A DNA stretch of 64,000 bases from Candidatus Eiseniibacteriota bacterium (GCA_963823555.1 CAWGMA010000001.1:192001-256000); one strand, 5' to 3'; positions 21,319 through 32,014 are shown, numbered from the stretch's first letter. The notes: generated by a model not told the origin, from the letters alone. Numbers and translations: made by a program.

Positions 21319-22266
21319 TTGAACAAGCAGCCACCGGAGGAGCAAGGCTTCACCGTCCTCATCGTGCCGGATTCGGGCCAGACCCCCATCCGCAGCATCA
21401 GGCTAAGACCGTCTATCGTGCGCCGTGCGCTCCTCGTGGTGGTGCTCTTCCTCTTCGGGTTCGTGTCCGCCACGCTGCTCTGGCCCTCCGGGCTCGTCCG
21501 GGGCATCGGTCTGGTCAGCCTCGCCAAGGAGAACGCTCTTCTGAAGCAACGAGTCCAGGCTCTCGACGACGACCTCGATCGCTTGCGCCGCCGACTGGGC
21601 GAAAGCGCCCTGCTCGAGGAGCGGCTGCGGGTGCTTGCGGATCTCCCGCCGATCGATCCCGAAATGCGGCAGATGGGCGTCGGAGGACCCGATTTCACGA
21701 CGAACGACCCGCTCCTGGTGGTGGATCCCGAAGGTGCGGCGGTCACCAGCAGGGCGGCACGCAGCGTCGATGAGCTGCTGCGGCAGGCCGAGCTGCATCG
21801 CCACAGTTTCCTCGAGATCGCGGCCAGCCTCGAGCAGAAGAAGGACTACTGGTCGCGAGTGCCGTCGGTTTCTCCCGTGCCGGGCGGTGGCTACACCTCA
21901 GGTTTTGGGATGCGCGTCGATCCGTTCACCGAGGTCGATGCCTTCCACCGCGGCCTCGATGTCTCGGCGCCCCGCGGCACGCCCATTCATTCCACGGCCG
22001 CCGGCCGCGTGGTCTTCGCCGGAAGCCGATCCGGATACGGGCGTACCGTGCGCATCGACCATGGTCATGGCCTCGAGACCGTGTACGCTCATGTCCTGGA
22101 CATCAAGGTGAAGACCGGACAACGGGTCACCCGCGGCCAGGAGATTGCGCACGTCGGCACCAGTGGACGCGCCACAGCTCCGCACGTGCACTACGAGGTG
22201 TGGGTGAACGGCCGCCCGGTCAATCCAAGGACCTACATTCTTCCAGTCGGGGAGGTCGTCGACTAG
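21319..22266 (+). CDS. M23 family metallopeptidase
   Basis: TM plus coiled coil, HRGLD and HVHYEV zinc motifs, TTG start with GGAGG RBS. Confidence 0.92.
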   Translation: MNKQPPEEQGFTVLIVPDSGQTPIRSIRLRPSIVRRALLVVVLFLFGFVSATLLWPSGLVRGIGLVSLAKENALLKQRVQALDDDLDRLRRRLGESALLEERLRVLADLPPIDPEMRQMGVGGPDFTTNDPLLVVDPEGAAVTSRAARSVDELLRQAELHRHSFLEIAASLEQKKDYWSRVPSVSPVPGGGYTSGFGMRVDPFTEVDAFHRGLDVSAPRGTPIHSTAAGRVVFAGSRSGYGRTVRIDHGHGLETVYAHVLDIKVKTGQRVTRGQEIAHVGTSGRATAPHVHYEVWVNGRPVNPRTYILPVGEVVD

Positions 22267-22403
22267 CCGGTCGGCGCCGGCCCGGGGTGCGAAGGCGCTC
22301 CGGCCGACCAGAGATCGATCCACCTTTCAGCCGGGCTGCCCCACCGGCTCACCAGACGGTGACCATGCTTCTCCCCACGGTCCAGCCGGTCCGCCTGAGC
22401 GCC

Positions 22404-23798
22404 ATGTCGCTCGAGCATCCCCTGTCTTTGCGGCTTGCGCTCGTCCTGATCGTGGTCGTCATGCTCGCCCCGCCGCCGGCGCACGCCGGAGGGCTGACGG
22501 TCGAGGCTATCCGGTCATGGAGCGGTCCGGATCACACCCGTGTTGTCCTCGACATCAGCGGGGCTCCTGCGTTCCGCAAGTCGGAGACCGAGGAACCCCC
22601 TTGTCTCATTCTCGAGCTCGTGGGGACGCGTTTCGGACCCAAGGTCGCAACGGACGGCATTGCCGATGCGCGTATCCTGGCCGTGCGGTTGCTCCCCGCC
22701 GACAAGCTGCCCGCCCAGGTCGTGTTCGATCTGGCCGGTCGCCGGGCGGTCAAGGTGTTCACGCTACCACCGGGCGGAGGGAAGCCACACCGCGTGGTCA
22801 TCGATGTCCTCGGTCCTTTGCCCAGGTCCGTGGCCGGGACGTCGGCGGCAAGGGACGGCGCGAAGCCTTCTCCTGAACGGCAGGATGAGAAGCCGGCCCC
22901 GGCGGCACCGGCTCGCACGGTCACCGAGAAGCCGGCGAAGCAACCTCCTTTGGTCTCTGCTCCCGACGTGAAGCCGGCTCCGCCCGCGACCGCCGCCGCT
23001 CCCGAGGCGAAGCCGGCCGTCCCTGACCGCCCCTGGGTGATCGTCCTGGATCCAGGGCACGGCGGGCACGATCCGGGGGCGAGGGGGCCCGGGGGGTTGC
23101 GCGAGAAGGACATCTGCCTTGCCCTGGCGAAAGTACTGGCCGCCGATCTCAACCGCCGCCCGGGCTACACGGTTCATTTGACGCGCGACAAGGATGTCTT
23201 CCTCCACCTTCGCGAGCGGACGCGAATCGCCGCCGAGAAGAAGGCCGATCTCTTCGTATCGATCCACTGCAACTCGAGCCCGTCGAAGAAAGCGCGGGGG
23301 ACCGAGGTCTTCTTCCTCTCGCTCAGGGGAGCGAGTGACGAGTCGGCGCGGGAAGTGGCTATGAGAGAGAACGCCGCCGACCACATCGAGGGCGTGCCGG
23401 TGGAATCCCAGGAGGAGATCGAGGACATCCTGGTGGATCTGCTCCAGACGTCGGCCCTGGAGCGATCCAGCGAGCTTGCGGCGACCATCGTAGAGAGGCT
23501 CCGCGAGGACAAGAACCTCGAGCTTCGTGGCGTCAAGCAGGCGGGGTTCGATGTCCTCAAGACGGCAGGGATGCCGTCCGTCCTGGTCGAAGCCGCCTTC
23601 ATCTCCCATCAGAAAGAATCGAAGCTGCTGAAGAGCAGCGACTTCCAGCGCCGGTTCGCTCGTCTCGTGAGCAGCGGTATCGCCGAGTTCCTGGATCGGG
23701 CGGCGGCTACCGAAGCTCCTGCTTCGGCAGCGAGAGGCGCTGGTGGCCTGCCGGCCGCCGTCACGCCGACGGCGGCTCGCGCGCCGGCCGGAAGCTAG
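22404..23798 (+). CDS. N-acetylmuramoyl-L-alanine amidase with AMIN domain (start approximate)
   Basis: HTRVVLD and HRVVIDV AMIN motifs, LDPGHGGHDPGA, EKD, FVSIHCN, PSVLVEAAFIS. Confidence 0.92.
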   Translation: MSLEHPLSLRLALVLIVVVMLAPPPAHAGGLTVEAIRSWSGPDHTRVVLDISGAPAFRKSETEEPPCLILELVGTRFGPKVATDGIADARILAVRLLPADKLPAQVVFDLAGRRAVKVFTLPPGGGKPHRVVIDVLGPLPRSVAGTSAARDGAKPSPERQDEKPAPAAPARTVTEKPAKQPPLVSAPDVKPAPPATAAAPEAKPAVPDRPWVIVLDPGHGGHDPGARGPGGLREKDICLALAKVLAADLNRRPGYTVHLTRDKDVFLHLRERTRIAAEKKADLFVSIHCNSSPSKKARGTEVFFLSLRGASDESAREVAMRENAADHIEGVPVESQEEIEDILVDLLQTSALERSSELAATIVERLREDKNLELRGVKQAGFDVLKTAGMPSVLVEAAFISHQKESKLLKSSDFQRRFARLVSSGIAEFLDRAAATEAPASAARGAGGLPAAVTPTAARAPAGS

Positions 23799-23841
23799 AA
23801 AGGAACTCCCCGCCCGGATCGGGGCGGAGCGATGACCTGCC

Positions 23842-24393
23842 ATGGAGTGGCTCCTCGATCTCGACACCGCGCTCTTCCTTGCCCTGAACGGTGCCGTGGT
23901 CGCCCCATGGTACGAGGCCGTCATGCGCTTCCTGTCGGACGGCAATCTCGGGCGCTTTCTCTTCCTCTTCCTGGCTGCGGCCCTCGTGGTGCGTGATCGC
24001 AAGCGGGGTCTCTGGCTCCTGCTCGGCGCGGCCCTGACCATCACGTTCTCCGACCAGCTCTCCTCCCACCTCATCAAACCGTGGATCGAGCGCATCCGGC
24101 CCTGCAATGCCCTGGCTCCGTCGGACGTGGTGTTGCTCGTCGACCGGACCCGTTCCTTCTCCTTTCCCTCCTCGCATGCGGCGAACGGATTCGCCGGGGC
24201 CCTCTACTTCGCGAAATTCGTGCCGCAGCTCAGGGTCCCCCTCTTTCTTCTCGCCGCACTGATCGCCTTCTCGCGGATCGCCGTCGGCGTGCACTACCCG
24301 CTGGATGCGCTCGCTGGCGCCGCCCTGGGGCTTGGTTGCGCCCAGACCGTCCTCACGCTGATGAAGCGATCCGGAATCGGGACCCGTGGCTAG
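23842..24393 (+). CDS. PAP2 family phosphatase
   Basis: KPWIERIRP, SFPSSH, SRIAVGVHYPLD motifs. Confidence 0.92.
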   Translation: MEWLLDLDTALFLALNGAVVAPWYEAVMRFLSDGNLGRFLFLFLAAALVVRDRKRGLWLLLGAALTITFSDQLSSHLIKPWIERIRPCNALAPSDVVLLVDRTRSFSFPSSHAANGFAGALYFAKFVPQLRVPLFLLAALIAFSRIAVGVHYPLDALAGAALGLGCAQTVLTLMKRSGIGTRG

Positions 24394-25130
24394 CTGATGA
24401 GGTGAGCCAGGACCGCGGCCGTTGCTTGCAGGCGCCCGCCGCTGGCGTCGATCAGGCGCAGATGTTGCCTGAGGAATGCAAGATCTTGCGGCCGGTCGAT
24501 GTCGTACCAGGGACGGGTGGCCGTCACCCGAAGCCCGAGTTCGGCCGCACGATTCAGCGTTGCGGCGAGGAGCTCGGGGCTGCTCCACGGCATGCCGGTG
24601 AACAGCCCGGGCTCCGGCCGGGAGAGACCGATCAGGTAGTACCCGCCGTCGAGAGAGGGTCCGACGACGAGATCGGCCTGTTCGAGAGCGGCGAAGGCCG
24701 CCTCGACCTCCGCCCGGGGGAGATCGGGGTGATCGGCGCCGAGGAGGACCACGGGGCTCCCTGGAGGTCCCAGATCGGTGAAGGCGGCGGCCAGCCGCTC
24801 GCCCAGGTCGGCACCGCGCTGGGCGCGGACCGGCCATTCCGGCCACCTCGGCCAGTCCCTGGGGAGAGCCGCTCCGAGACGCCGGGGAGCGTCTGTGGCC
24901 TCGAGGTCGATATCGGGGGGCGCCCCGGCGAAGAGGAGGACGGTCTCGGCGGCAACGCCGGTGAGCTCCCGGCACAGATCCGCGATGAAGGCAGCGTAGA
25001 GCTGGGCCGCCTCCGCTGGCCGCAGAGGAGGGCTGAGCCGCGTCTTGACGCGACCCGCTGCCGGCCACTTCGCCATGAGGCCGAGAAAGCTGTCCGGACG
25101 CGACTGGACGGGCGATGAATGGACGACCAT
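24390..25130 (-). CDS. DUF2064 / TIGR04282-family glycosyltransferase-like protein
   Basis: MAKWPAAGRVKTRL, QRGADLGERL, GADHPDL, GPSLDGGYYLIG, PWS, DIDRPQDL. Confidence 0.88.
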   Translation of the reverse strand: MVVHSSPVQSRPDSFLGLMAKWPAAGRVKTRLSPPLRPAEAAQLYAAFIADLCRELTGVAAETVLLFAGAPPDIDLEATDAPRRLGAALPRDWPRWPEWPVRAQRGADLGERLAAAFTDLGPPGSPVVLLGADHPDLPRAEVEAAFAALEQADLVVGPSLDGGYYLIGLSRPEPGLFTGMPWSSPELLAATLNRAAELGLRVTATRPWYDIDRPQDLAFLRQHLRLIDASGGRLQATAAVLAHLIS

Positions 25131-25202
25131 CCAGCCGAGCCTAGCACGCTCATCTCAACCTGCATGGACACCTGGCCCATGTGATTGCTAGTCTTTCCTT
25201 GA

Positions 25203-28200
25203 ATGTCGTGGATCCCCCCTGCCGATCTCCATCGCCCTTCGAATCCGCGCTCCACGGGTGCCATGGCCCAAGCTCCATATCGCTCCGATCCCGCCCAGAG
25301 TCATCGGCTGCGGCGGTCCTCCCGCACGCGGGCAAGGCCTGGCCGCGTGCAGAGATACCCTCGCGTGAGGCTCCACCTCTGGCTGCTTGCCATCGCTTTC
25401 GCCGGCGCGCCGCGGGCTCTAGCCGCCGGGTCCGGGGCGGACGATCCCGGGCTCATCGTGCGTTTCCGGGCTGCGGCCCAGCGGGACGCCGGGAGCCCCT
25501 CCAGCGCGAAGCCGCGAATCGACCGCCTCGTCGAGCGCATGGCCGAGCTCGCACCGCGTGCGGCCCCGGCCTTCCCCGGCGTGCGTGCAGCGCTCGACGC
25601 CGGGCGCACCGGAGCGCGGGGGGGGGCCTTCCCGGCTCCCGTGGTTCTGGCCCGGGCGGCCGATCTGGCGGACATCTTCGTCCTCCGTTTCACCGATGCG
25701 CGGGCGCGCGATGATGCTGCCGATCGTCTCGCTCACGATCCGGACGTGCTCTATGTGGAACCGCTGTTTGCCATCGCCGTCACACGTCCCGGCTCCCTTG
25801 CGGGTGATCGCCGTGATCTCGATGCCGAGGTGCAAGGTGGAGCGGGAGTCGTTCCCGAGGACAGTCTCTATGCCGAGCAATGGGCTCTGCCCCAGATCGG
25901 CATGCCGGAGGTCTGGGCTGGTGGCACCGGAACACCAGGCATCCTGGTCGGCATCGTCGACACGGGCATCGAGGCTGACCATCCCGACCTGTCTCCCAAC
26001 CTGGCCGAGAACGCCCTTGAGGCACAAGGCCTCCCTGGTATCGATGATGATGAGAACGGCTTTGTCGACGACATCCGCGGCTGGAACTTCCTTGCCGGGA
26101 ACTCCGATGTCGAAGATGGGTTCGGCCATGGTTCCCACATCGCGGGGTTGATCGGCGCCGCCGCCGATGGCCGCGGCACGGTCGGCGTGACCTGGCAGGT
26201 TGGACTGCTCCCTGTACGGATGTTCGATGATGCCGGGCGCGGTACGAACCTGGCCGGGGCCCAGGGCATCACCTACGCGGCCGATCGCGGCGCTCACATC
26301 ATCAACATGAGCTGGGGGACGAGCCGGTTGTCGCGCGTGATCGAGGATGCCGTGGCCTATGCCTCGGCGGCGGGGGCGGTGCTGGTCGCGTCGGCGGGAA
26401 ACTCGGGAGACCGCATCACGGAGAACTTCCCCGCAGCCTTCGATCAGGTGATCGCCGTCGGTGCCACCACCGCCACCGATGCCGTGGCCGGTTTCTCGAA
26501 CCGCGGGCCACGACTCGATCTGGTGGCCCCAGGCGTGGACATCCTGAGCACACAGCGCGGCGGCTACTCCGTGCTCTCCGGAACATCCCAGTCGGCCGCG
26601 CTGGTGAGCGGTGTGCTGGCTCATCTCCGTTATCGCCATCCCGAACTGGAGGCGGAGGAACTCCGCTCCGTTCTGCGCCTGGCCGCCCTCGATCTCGGTC
26701 GTCCGGGCTGGGACCCGGCCTTCGGTGCCGGCCGCCTCGATGCCGCGAGCGCCCTCGCCATGCCCTCCGCACCGGTGGCCGCCATTTCCACTCCGCGCAC
26801 TCTGGACGCCGTGGCGGGAGATTGGCTCGACGTGGTCGCCGATGCGCTGCCGGGATCCGGCGTCGCCGGCGTGGCGAGCTACGGGCTCGACATCGGCGAC
26901 AACGATGATCCGCTCGTCTTCATGACGGTGGCGGAGGGGAGCGGCGGATCCAGCCGATGGCTCGGCCGGATCCCGCTCGCATCGCGGGCGGAAGGGGAAC
27001 TGACCGTGCGGCTCCGGGTTCGCGATGCCACGCAGCGCGAAGCCGAAGACCGCGTGCTCATTCGGATCGATCGGTCCGCCCCTACGCTGCTCAAGCACGA
27101 GCACGTCGATCGCCTGGCCGGGAGGAGTCTCGAACAGCTCATCCGTTACGTGGCCGACGAGCCTGTCACGGGCCATGTCCACCTGCGCGAGGCGGGCACG
27201 GACGGCGAGTTCATCAGCATTTCCTCCTTCGATGGCGCCCCGGATCACGTCGCCCTCCTCTCCAATCTGTACCCGGGCGGCTACGAGTATGTGATCGATC
27301 TCGATGATTACGCCGGCTTCACGACCCGGGTCGATGCCGGAGATGGCGCGTTCTTCGTGCGCGACGTGATCCCGCTCATCGACATCCCGGAGCAAGGGTA
27401 CGTGCCCTGGGCGCGCATCCCGGGTTTCGAACTCGGCGCCGTAGCCGATCTGGATCAGAGCGGCGTGCCTGAGCTCCTCGGAGAGGCCCGCGGCCAGGGG
27501 GGCGCGGCGCAGCTCACCGTGCTTGCGATCAGCGGACTTCATCCGGATGCTCCCGAGTTCGATGTCATCTATCGAGGCGATTCGGGCCTGCCGGTCGCGG
27601 TGCGCGATGTGGACGGCGACGGCCGCCCGGAGGTACTGGTGGCCGACGATGATCTGTCGCTATGGAGTGACCTGATCGCTCCGGGAGGGCCCCAGGTTCT
27701 CTGGCGAAGCCCGCTCGGAGACCGGCGCGCAGGCGGGGTGCTCAGCGATGTCGATGGCGATCAGGCGATCGAGGTCATCTTCGCTACCGTGCAGGGCGCT
27801 CGCCTGACTGCGTTCGAATGGAATGGGAGCGCGTTCGATTCGCTGGATCTCGGCTTCACGCGGCCCACGCGGGCCGCCGGATTCGCCGCTGCGGACTACG
27901 ATGGCGATGGCCAGGGCGAGATCGTGCTCGGCAGCCTGGCCGGGGAGCTGGTGGCCGTCGAGGCTCGCTCCGGCCGATACGTGGAGACGGTGCGGGAGCC
28001 GTTCCTCGGTGGTGTCGCCAATGCCATCACGGCGACTCATGTCGGCGACGGCGATGGCGACGGTCGGATCGAGTTCGCCATTTCAGCTGTCGGCGCCCTC
28101 CTCGACCGCGAGCAACGACCGGCCATCGCGGTCTTCGAGGCTTCAGGCGACGATACCTACGTCCCGGTCTCGCGCCACGAGTTCCGCGACAAGAACACGC

Positions 28201-29057
28201 CCTACGACAACGCGCTCGCGGCCGGTGATGCGGACGGTGACGACCGGCCGGAGATCGTCGTTGCTCAGGCGGGGAACGTCTATCTGCTGGATGCCGATCG
28301 CGACGATCGGTTTCTTCCCGTGTGGGCGGCGCCCCGGGCCCAGGGCGGGCGGGTCTTCCTGGCCGATCTCGATGGGGACGCGGTGGCCGAGATCCTGGTC
28401 ACCGAGCGAATCGCCGAGATGCCGGTGACGACGATCTACTCGCGCGCGGTTGCGCAGGAAGCGGGTCTGGTCTGGGAGGCGGTGCAGCACCCCCTGGGCA
28501 ACGAGATTCGATGGGAGGCTCCTCCTCTGGACGTGGAAATCGATGATCTGGCTCTGTACCGTCTCCCCGAAGGCTCCGGGTCCGGGCTCGAGAGCGATCT
28601 GGCTCCCTACCGCATCTATACGCAGCCCGGCGAGTTGATGGCCGCTGCCAGCTTCCGGGACGAGGATGTTCCCCCGGCTCCGTTGCCGTATCTTCTTGCC
28701 TATACCATCGATGATGGCGAGGTCCGCCTCCGTGTGCTCGAGGGGCCGCAGGCGGCTCAAGCGCAGCCCGGCGCTCCCTCGATCCTCTTCCTCGCCCCCC
28801 ACCCCAACCCGGCGCCCAGTGCGATCACGATTCCCATCGCCCTGGCCGAGCCTGGCGAGGTGGTCATCGGCGTCTATGACGTCGCCGGTCGCCTGCGGCG
28901 CGACCTCTATCAAGGATCCCTTCCTGCCGGGCGAACGAGCCTCATCTGGGACGGGCGTGACGATCAGGGTCATCGCCTGGCCCGGGGGGTCTATTTCGTG
29001 CGCACGAGATCGCCCCTCGGCGAGCCTTCCGTGCGCGTCGTGCTCCTCGGCTCGTGA
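25203..29057 (+). CDS. S8 serine peptidase with FG-GAP/VCBS repeats and C-terminal FlgD-Ig/T9SS-like domain (start may be 25365)
   Basis: Triad IVDTG, GHGSHIAG, SGTS; oxyanion SAGN; repeated DxDGDGxxE; C-terminal PNP...YDVAGR...WDGRDDQG...GVYFVR. Confidence 0.9.
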   Translation: MSWIPPADLHRPSNPRSTGAMAQAPYRSDPAQSHRLRRSSRTRARPGRVQRYPRVRLHLWLLAIAFAGAPRALAAGSGADDPGLIVRFRAAAQRDAGSPSSAKPRIDRLVERMAELAPRAAPAFPGVRAALDAGRTGARGGAFPAPVVLARAADLADIFVLRFTDARARDDAADRLAHDPDVLYVEPLFAIAVTRPGSLAGDRRDLDAEVQGGAGVVPEDSLYAEQWALPQIGMPEVWAGGTGTPGILVGIVDTGIEADHPDLSPNLAENALEAQGLPGIDDDENGFVDDIRGWNFLAGNSDVEDGFGHGSHIAGLIGAAADGRGTVGVTWQVGLLPVRMFDDAGRGTNLAGAQGITYAADRGAHIINMSWGTSRLSRVIEDAVAYASAAGAVLVASAGNSGDRITENFPAAFDQVIAVGATTATDAVAGFSNRGPRLDLVAPGVDILSTQRGGYSVLSGTSQSAALVSGVLAHLRYRHPELEAEELRSVLRLAALDLGRPGWDPAFGAGRLDAASALAMPSAPVAAISTPRTLDAVAGDWLDVVADALPGSGVAGVASYGLDIGDNDDPLVFMTVAEGSGGSSRWLGRIPLASRAEGELTVRLRVRDATQREAEDRVLIRIDRSAPTLLKHEHVDRLAGRSLEQLIRYVADEPVTGHVHLREAGTDGEFISISSFDGAPDHVALLSNLYPGGYEYVIDLDDYAGFTTRVDAGDGAFFVRDVIPLIDIPEQGYVPWARIPGFELGAVADLDQSGVPELLGEARGQGGAAQLTVLAISGLHPDAPEFDVIYRGDSGLPVAVRDVDGDGRPEVLVADDDLSLWSDLIAPGGPQVLWRSPLGDRRAGGVLSDVDGDQAIEVIFATVQGARLTAFEWNGSAFDSLDLGFTRPTRAAGFAAADYDGDGQGEIVLGSLAGELVAVEARSGRYVETVREPFLGGVANAITATHVGDGDGDGRIEFAISAVGALLDREQRPAIAVFEASGDDTYVPVSRHEFRDKNTPYDNALAAGDADGDDRPEIVVAQAGNVYLLDADRDDRFLPVWAAPRAQGGRVFLADLDGDAVAEILVTERIAEMPVTTIYSRAVAQEAGLVWEAVQHPLGNEIRWEAPPLDVEIDDLALYRLPEGSGSGLESDLAPYRIYTQPGELMAAASFRDEDVPPAPLPYLLAYTIDDGEVRLRVLEGPQAAQAQPGAPSILFLAPHPNPAPSAITIPIALAEPGEVVIGVYDVAGRLRRDLYQGSLPAGRTSLIWDGRDDQGHRLARGVYFVRTRSPLGEPSVRVVLLGS

Positions 29058-29088
29058 CCACCGAGACCCCTTCGTGCCGGGCAAATCG

Positions 29089-29106
29089 TTGTCAAATCTC
29101 GCACAA
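29089..29106. promoter_or_regulatory. Putative Rex operator upstream of the nuo operon
   Basis: TTGTCAA-ATCT-CGCACAA against consensus TTGTGAA-N4-TTCACAA (11/14). A second weaker site lies at 29170-29187. Confidence 0.5.
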
Positions 29107-29324
29107 CGCCTTCATTCCGGACATCCGGGATCAGGTCCGCGGGGGGCACGGAAGTGGGTCCTGATCGTCTTGTGACATCTTCCACGGCCGTGGTAGACTC
29201 GCGCGCTCGTTGGTGAGTTTCCGGCGCCGGCTCCGGTCGCAGGCCGGGTGAGGTGCCTGGAACCCAGGCGAGCTTGAGGCCCCCAGGGGGGCGGGTGGTT
29301 CAGGGCCGTGGGGGGGGAGTCGCG

Positions 29325-29783
29325 ATGCTCTTCGACTTCGCCAACGTTCTCGTCTTCTTCGCACTCGGCGCGATCTTCGTGTTTGGCGCGCTCGTGGTGT
29401 CCCGCCTGGTTCATCCCGTCTACCGCACTCCCGAGAAGCTCATGAACTACGAGTGCGGTGAAGATCCCGTCGGCTCTCCCTGGGTCAAGTTCAACATCCG
29501 TTTCTACATGGTGGCCCTCGGCTTCATCATCTTCGATGTCGAGACCGTGTTCCTCTTCCCGTGGGCGGTGGTCTTCAAGGAGCTCGGTCTCTTTGCCTTC
29601 GTCGAGATGATGATCTTCGTGGCGATCCTGCTCGTCGGTCTGGCCTACATCTGGGCCAAGGGGGACATCGAGTGGGTCAAGCCGCGTCCGCCATGGATCG
29701 AGGGCAAGGGGACGGCTGAGCCCGAGGGGGCCATGCCGGATGCAGTCGTGGGCCGCGAGCGAGAGATGAGCTATGCCGAATGA
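29325..29783 (+). CDS. nuoA: NADH-quinone oxidoreductase subunit A
   Basis: [29 protein letters not shown]. Confidence 0.95.
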   Translation: MLFDFANVLVFFALGAIFVFGALVVSRLVHPVYRTPEKLMNYECGEDPVGSPWVKFNIRFYMVALGFIIFDVETVFLFPWAVVFKELGLFAFVEMMIFVAILLVGLAYIWAKGDIEWVKPRPPWIEGKGTAEPEGAMPDAVVGREREMSYAE

Positions 29784-30333
29784 GACCGCGGCCCCGGGGC
29801 TCGTCGCCATCAGTCGCGATGGGGGGCCGAAGAGCCTGATCGACAATCGATTCGAAGAGAACGTGATCGTCACCTCAGCCGATTGGCTCATGAACTGGGG
29901 ACGACTCTCTTCGCTGTGGCCGATGCTCTTCGGGCTGGCTTGCTGCGCCATCGAGATGATGGCGACCGGTGCCGGCCGCTACGACCTCGACCGCTTCGGG
30001 GCGGGAGCCTTTCGCGCCACCCCCCGCCAGGCCGATCTCATGATCGTGGCGGGAACGGTGACCCACAAGATGGCCGTGCGCATCAAGCGCCTCTACGAGC
30101 AGATGGCCGAACCGAAGTACGTCATTGCCATGGGCAGCTGCGCTTCCGGCGGCGGGCCGTATTTCAAGTACGGCTACCATGTGGTCAAGGGCGTGGACCT
30201 CGTGGTCCCGGTGGATGTTTATGTCCCCGGCTGCCCGCCGCGTCCGGAGCAGCTCCTGGAGGGGCTCCTCTGCTTGCAGCAGAAGATTCGCGAGAAGTCG
30301 ATCGCCAAGACCAACTCGACGCCAGCGAGGTAA
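29773..30333 (+). CDS. nuoB: NADH-quinone oxidoreductase subunit B
   Basis: [27 protein letters not shown]. Confidence 0.97.
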   Translation: MPNETAAPGLVAISRDGGPKSLIDNRFEENVIVTSADWLMNWGRLSSLWPMLFGLACCAIEMMATGAGRYDLDRFGAGAFRATPRQADLMIVAGTVTHKMAVRIKRLYEQMAEPKYVIAMGSCASGGGPYFKYGYHVVKGVDLVVPVDVYVPGCPPRPEQLLEGLLCLQQKIREKSIAKTNSTPAR

Positions 30334-30377
30334 GGTCGGGGAGAGGGGCAGGGAGGAGCGCCTGGGTGCGCCGAGGG

Positions 30378-30857
30378 ATGGAGATGGAGCCAGGTCAGAT
30401 CGCAGAACTCCTGACGGCACGATTCGGCGACGCGATTCGCGAAGTCAAGATCGACGTGCCCGATCCCGGCGTCATGGTCGACCCGTCTCGCGTCGTCGAG
30501 ATCGGTCTCTTCCTCAGGGACACGCCGGAGATCGATTTGAAGAGCCTCATGTGTCTCTCTGGCGTCGACTACGGCGACCGTCTGGGTGTGGCCTATCACC
30601 TGCACTCGTTCACCCGGCGCCATCGCTTCTGCATGAAGGTCGATCTGCCCCACGAGCCCGGAGCGGCGCGACTGCCGAGCGTCGCCGCGGTGTGGCCGGC
30701 AGCCAACTGGCATGAGCGCGAGGCCTACGACCTCGTGGGGATCATCTTCGAAGGCCACCCCGATCTCCGGCGGATCCTCCTTCCCGACGACTGGGAAGGG
30801 CATCCGTTACGCAAGGACTACCAGTTTCCGCGAACCTGGCGGGAAATCCCCATCTGA
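30378..30857 (+). CDS. nuoC: NADH-quinone oxidoreductase subunit C
   Basis: ANWHEREAYDLVGIIFEGHPDLRRILLPDDWEGHPLRKDY. Confidence 0.95.
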   Translation: MEMEPGQIAELLTARFGDAIREVKIDVPDPGVMVDPSRVVEIGLFLRDTPEIDLKSLMCLSGVDYGDRLGVAYHLHSFTRRHRFCMKVDLPHEPGAARLPSVAAVWPAANWHEREAYDLVGIIFEGHPDLRRILLPDDWEGHPLRKDYQFPRTWREIPI

Positions 30858-30865
30858 GGCGGCGC

Positions 30866-32014
30866 ATGACGACGACGGGCCCGAGCAGCTTGCAGAGCGG
30901 ACTCCGCACCGAGGAAATGGTGCTCAACATGGGGCCGCAGCACCCTTCGACCCACGGTGTGCTCCGGCTCCAGCTTGTTACCGATGGCGAGGTGGTGACT
31001 GAGGCCGAGCCGCACATCGGCTATCTGCATCGCTGCGCCGAGAAGATCGGCGAGAACGTCAACTACCAGCAGTTCACTCCCTACACCGACCGCATGGACT
31101 ACCTGGCGGGGATGAACTGCAATCACTCCTATGTGCACGCCGTCGAGCGTCTGATGGGGCTCAAGATCCCGGAGCGCGCCGAGACCATTCGCATCCTCGT
31201 CCTCGAGCTGAACCGGATCGCGAGTCACCTCGTTGCCTGGGGAACCTATGGGCTCGACATGGGAGCCTTCACCCCGTTCTTCTACTCCTTCCGGGAGCGA
31301 GAGCGGGTGCTCGACCTGTTCGAGGAGCTGTGCGGGGCTCGCCTCACCTACAACTACGTGCGCATCGGTGGGGTGATGGCGGATCTCACCCCGGGCTGGC
31401 TCGGCAAGGTCGAGCAATTCCTCGATTACTTCTCCCCCAAGATCGACGAGTACGACGAGCTCCTCTCCTACAACAAGATCTTCATCAAACGCACGGCCAA
31501 TGTCGGTGTGCTTCCGGCCGATCTGGCCATCGCCTACGGCGTCACGGGGCCCAATCTGCGCGGCTCCGGCGTCAAGTGGGATGTGCGCAAGGACGAGCCC
31601 TACTCGATCTACGATCGCTTCGATTTCGATGTCCCGGTGGGTCGCGGGGCGATGGGGACCGTCGGCGATTGCTGGGATCGATACATGGTGCGCATCCACG
31701 AGATGCGCGAATCCGTGAAGATCCTGCGACAGGCCATGGTCGGAATCCCCGAGGGACCCGTGATCGCGGAGGAAGTCGGCAAGACCATCAAGGTGCCGGC
31801 CGGAGAACTCTACACTCGCGTCGAGAATCCGCGCGGTGAGATGGGTGTCTGGATCGTGGCCGGGGGGAAGGACACGGCGATCCGCTGCAAGGTGCGAGCG
31901 CCGTCCTTCTGCTCGATGAGCGTTTTCAAGGAGATCTCGCGCGGTGCGATGCTCGCTGACCTGGTCGCGATCGTCGGCAGCTTCGACATCGTGCTCGGTG
32001 AGATCGACCGCTAG
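30866..32014 (+). CDS. nuoD: NADH-quinone oxidoreductase subunit D
   Basis: LNMGPQHPSTHGVLRL, IGYLHR, DRMDY, ENPRGE, DIVLGEIDR. Confidence 0.97.
   Translation: MTTTGPSSLQSGLRTEEMVLNMGPQHPSTHGVLRLQLVTDGEVVTEAEPHIGYLHRCAEKIGENVNYQQFTPYTDRMDYLAGMNCNHSYVHAVERLMGLKIPERAETIRILVLELNRIASHLVAWGTYGLDMGAFTPFFYSFRERERVLDLFEELCGARLTYNYVRIGGVMADLTPGWLGKVEQFLDYFSPKIDEYDELLSYNKIFIKRTANVGVLPADLAIAYGVTGPNLRGSGVKWDVRKDEPYSIYDRFDFDVPVGRGAMGTVGDCWDRYMVRIHEMRESVKILRQAMVGIPEGPVIAEEVGKTIKVPAGELYTRVENPRGEMGVWIVAGGKDTAIRCKVRAPSFCSMSVFKEISRGAMLADLVAIVGSFDIVLGEIDR

Noticed and set aside
24390..25130. Arsenosugar biosynthesis cluster suggested by the TIGR04282-like gene
   Set aside because: No radical SAM, ArsM or partner glycosyltransferase is adjacent.
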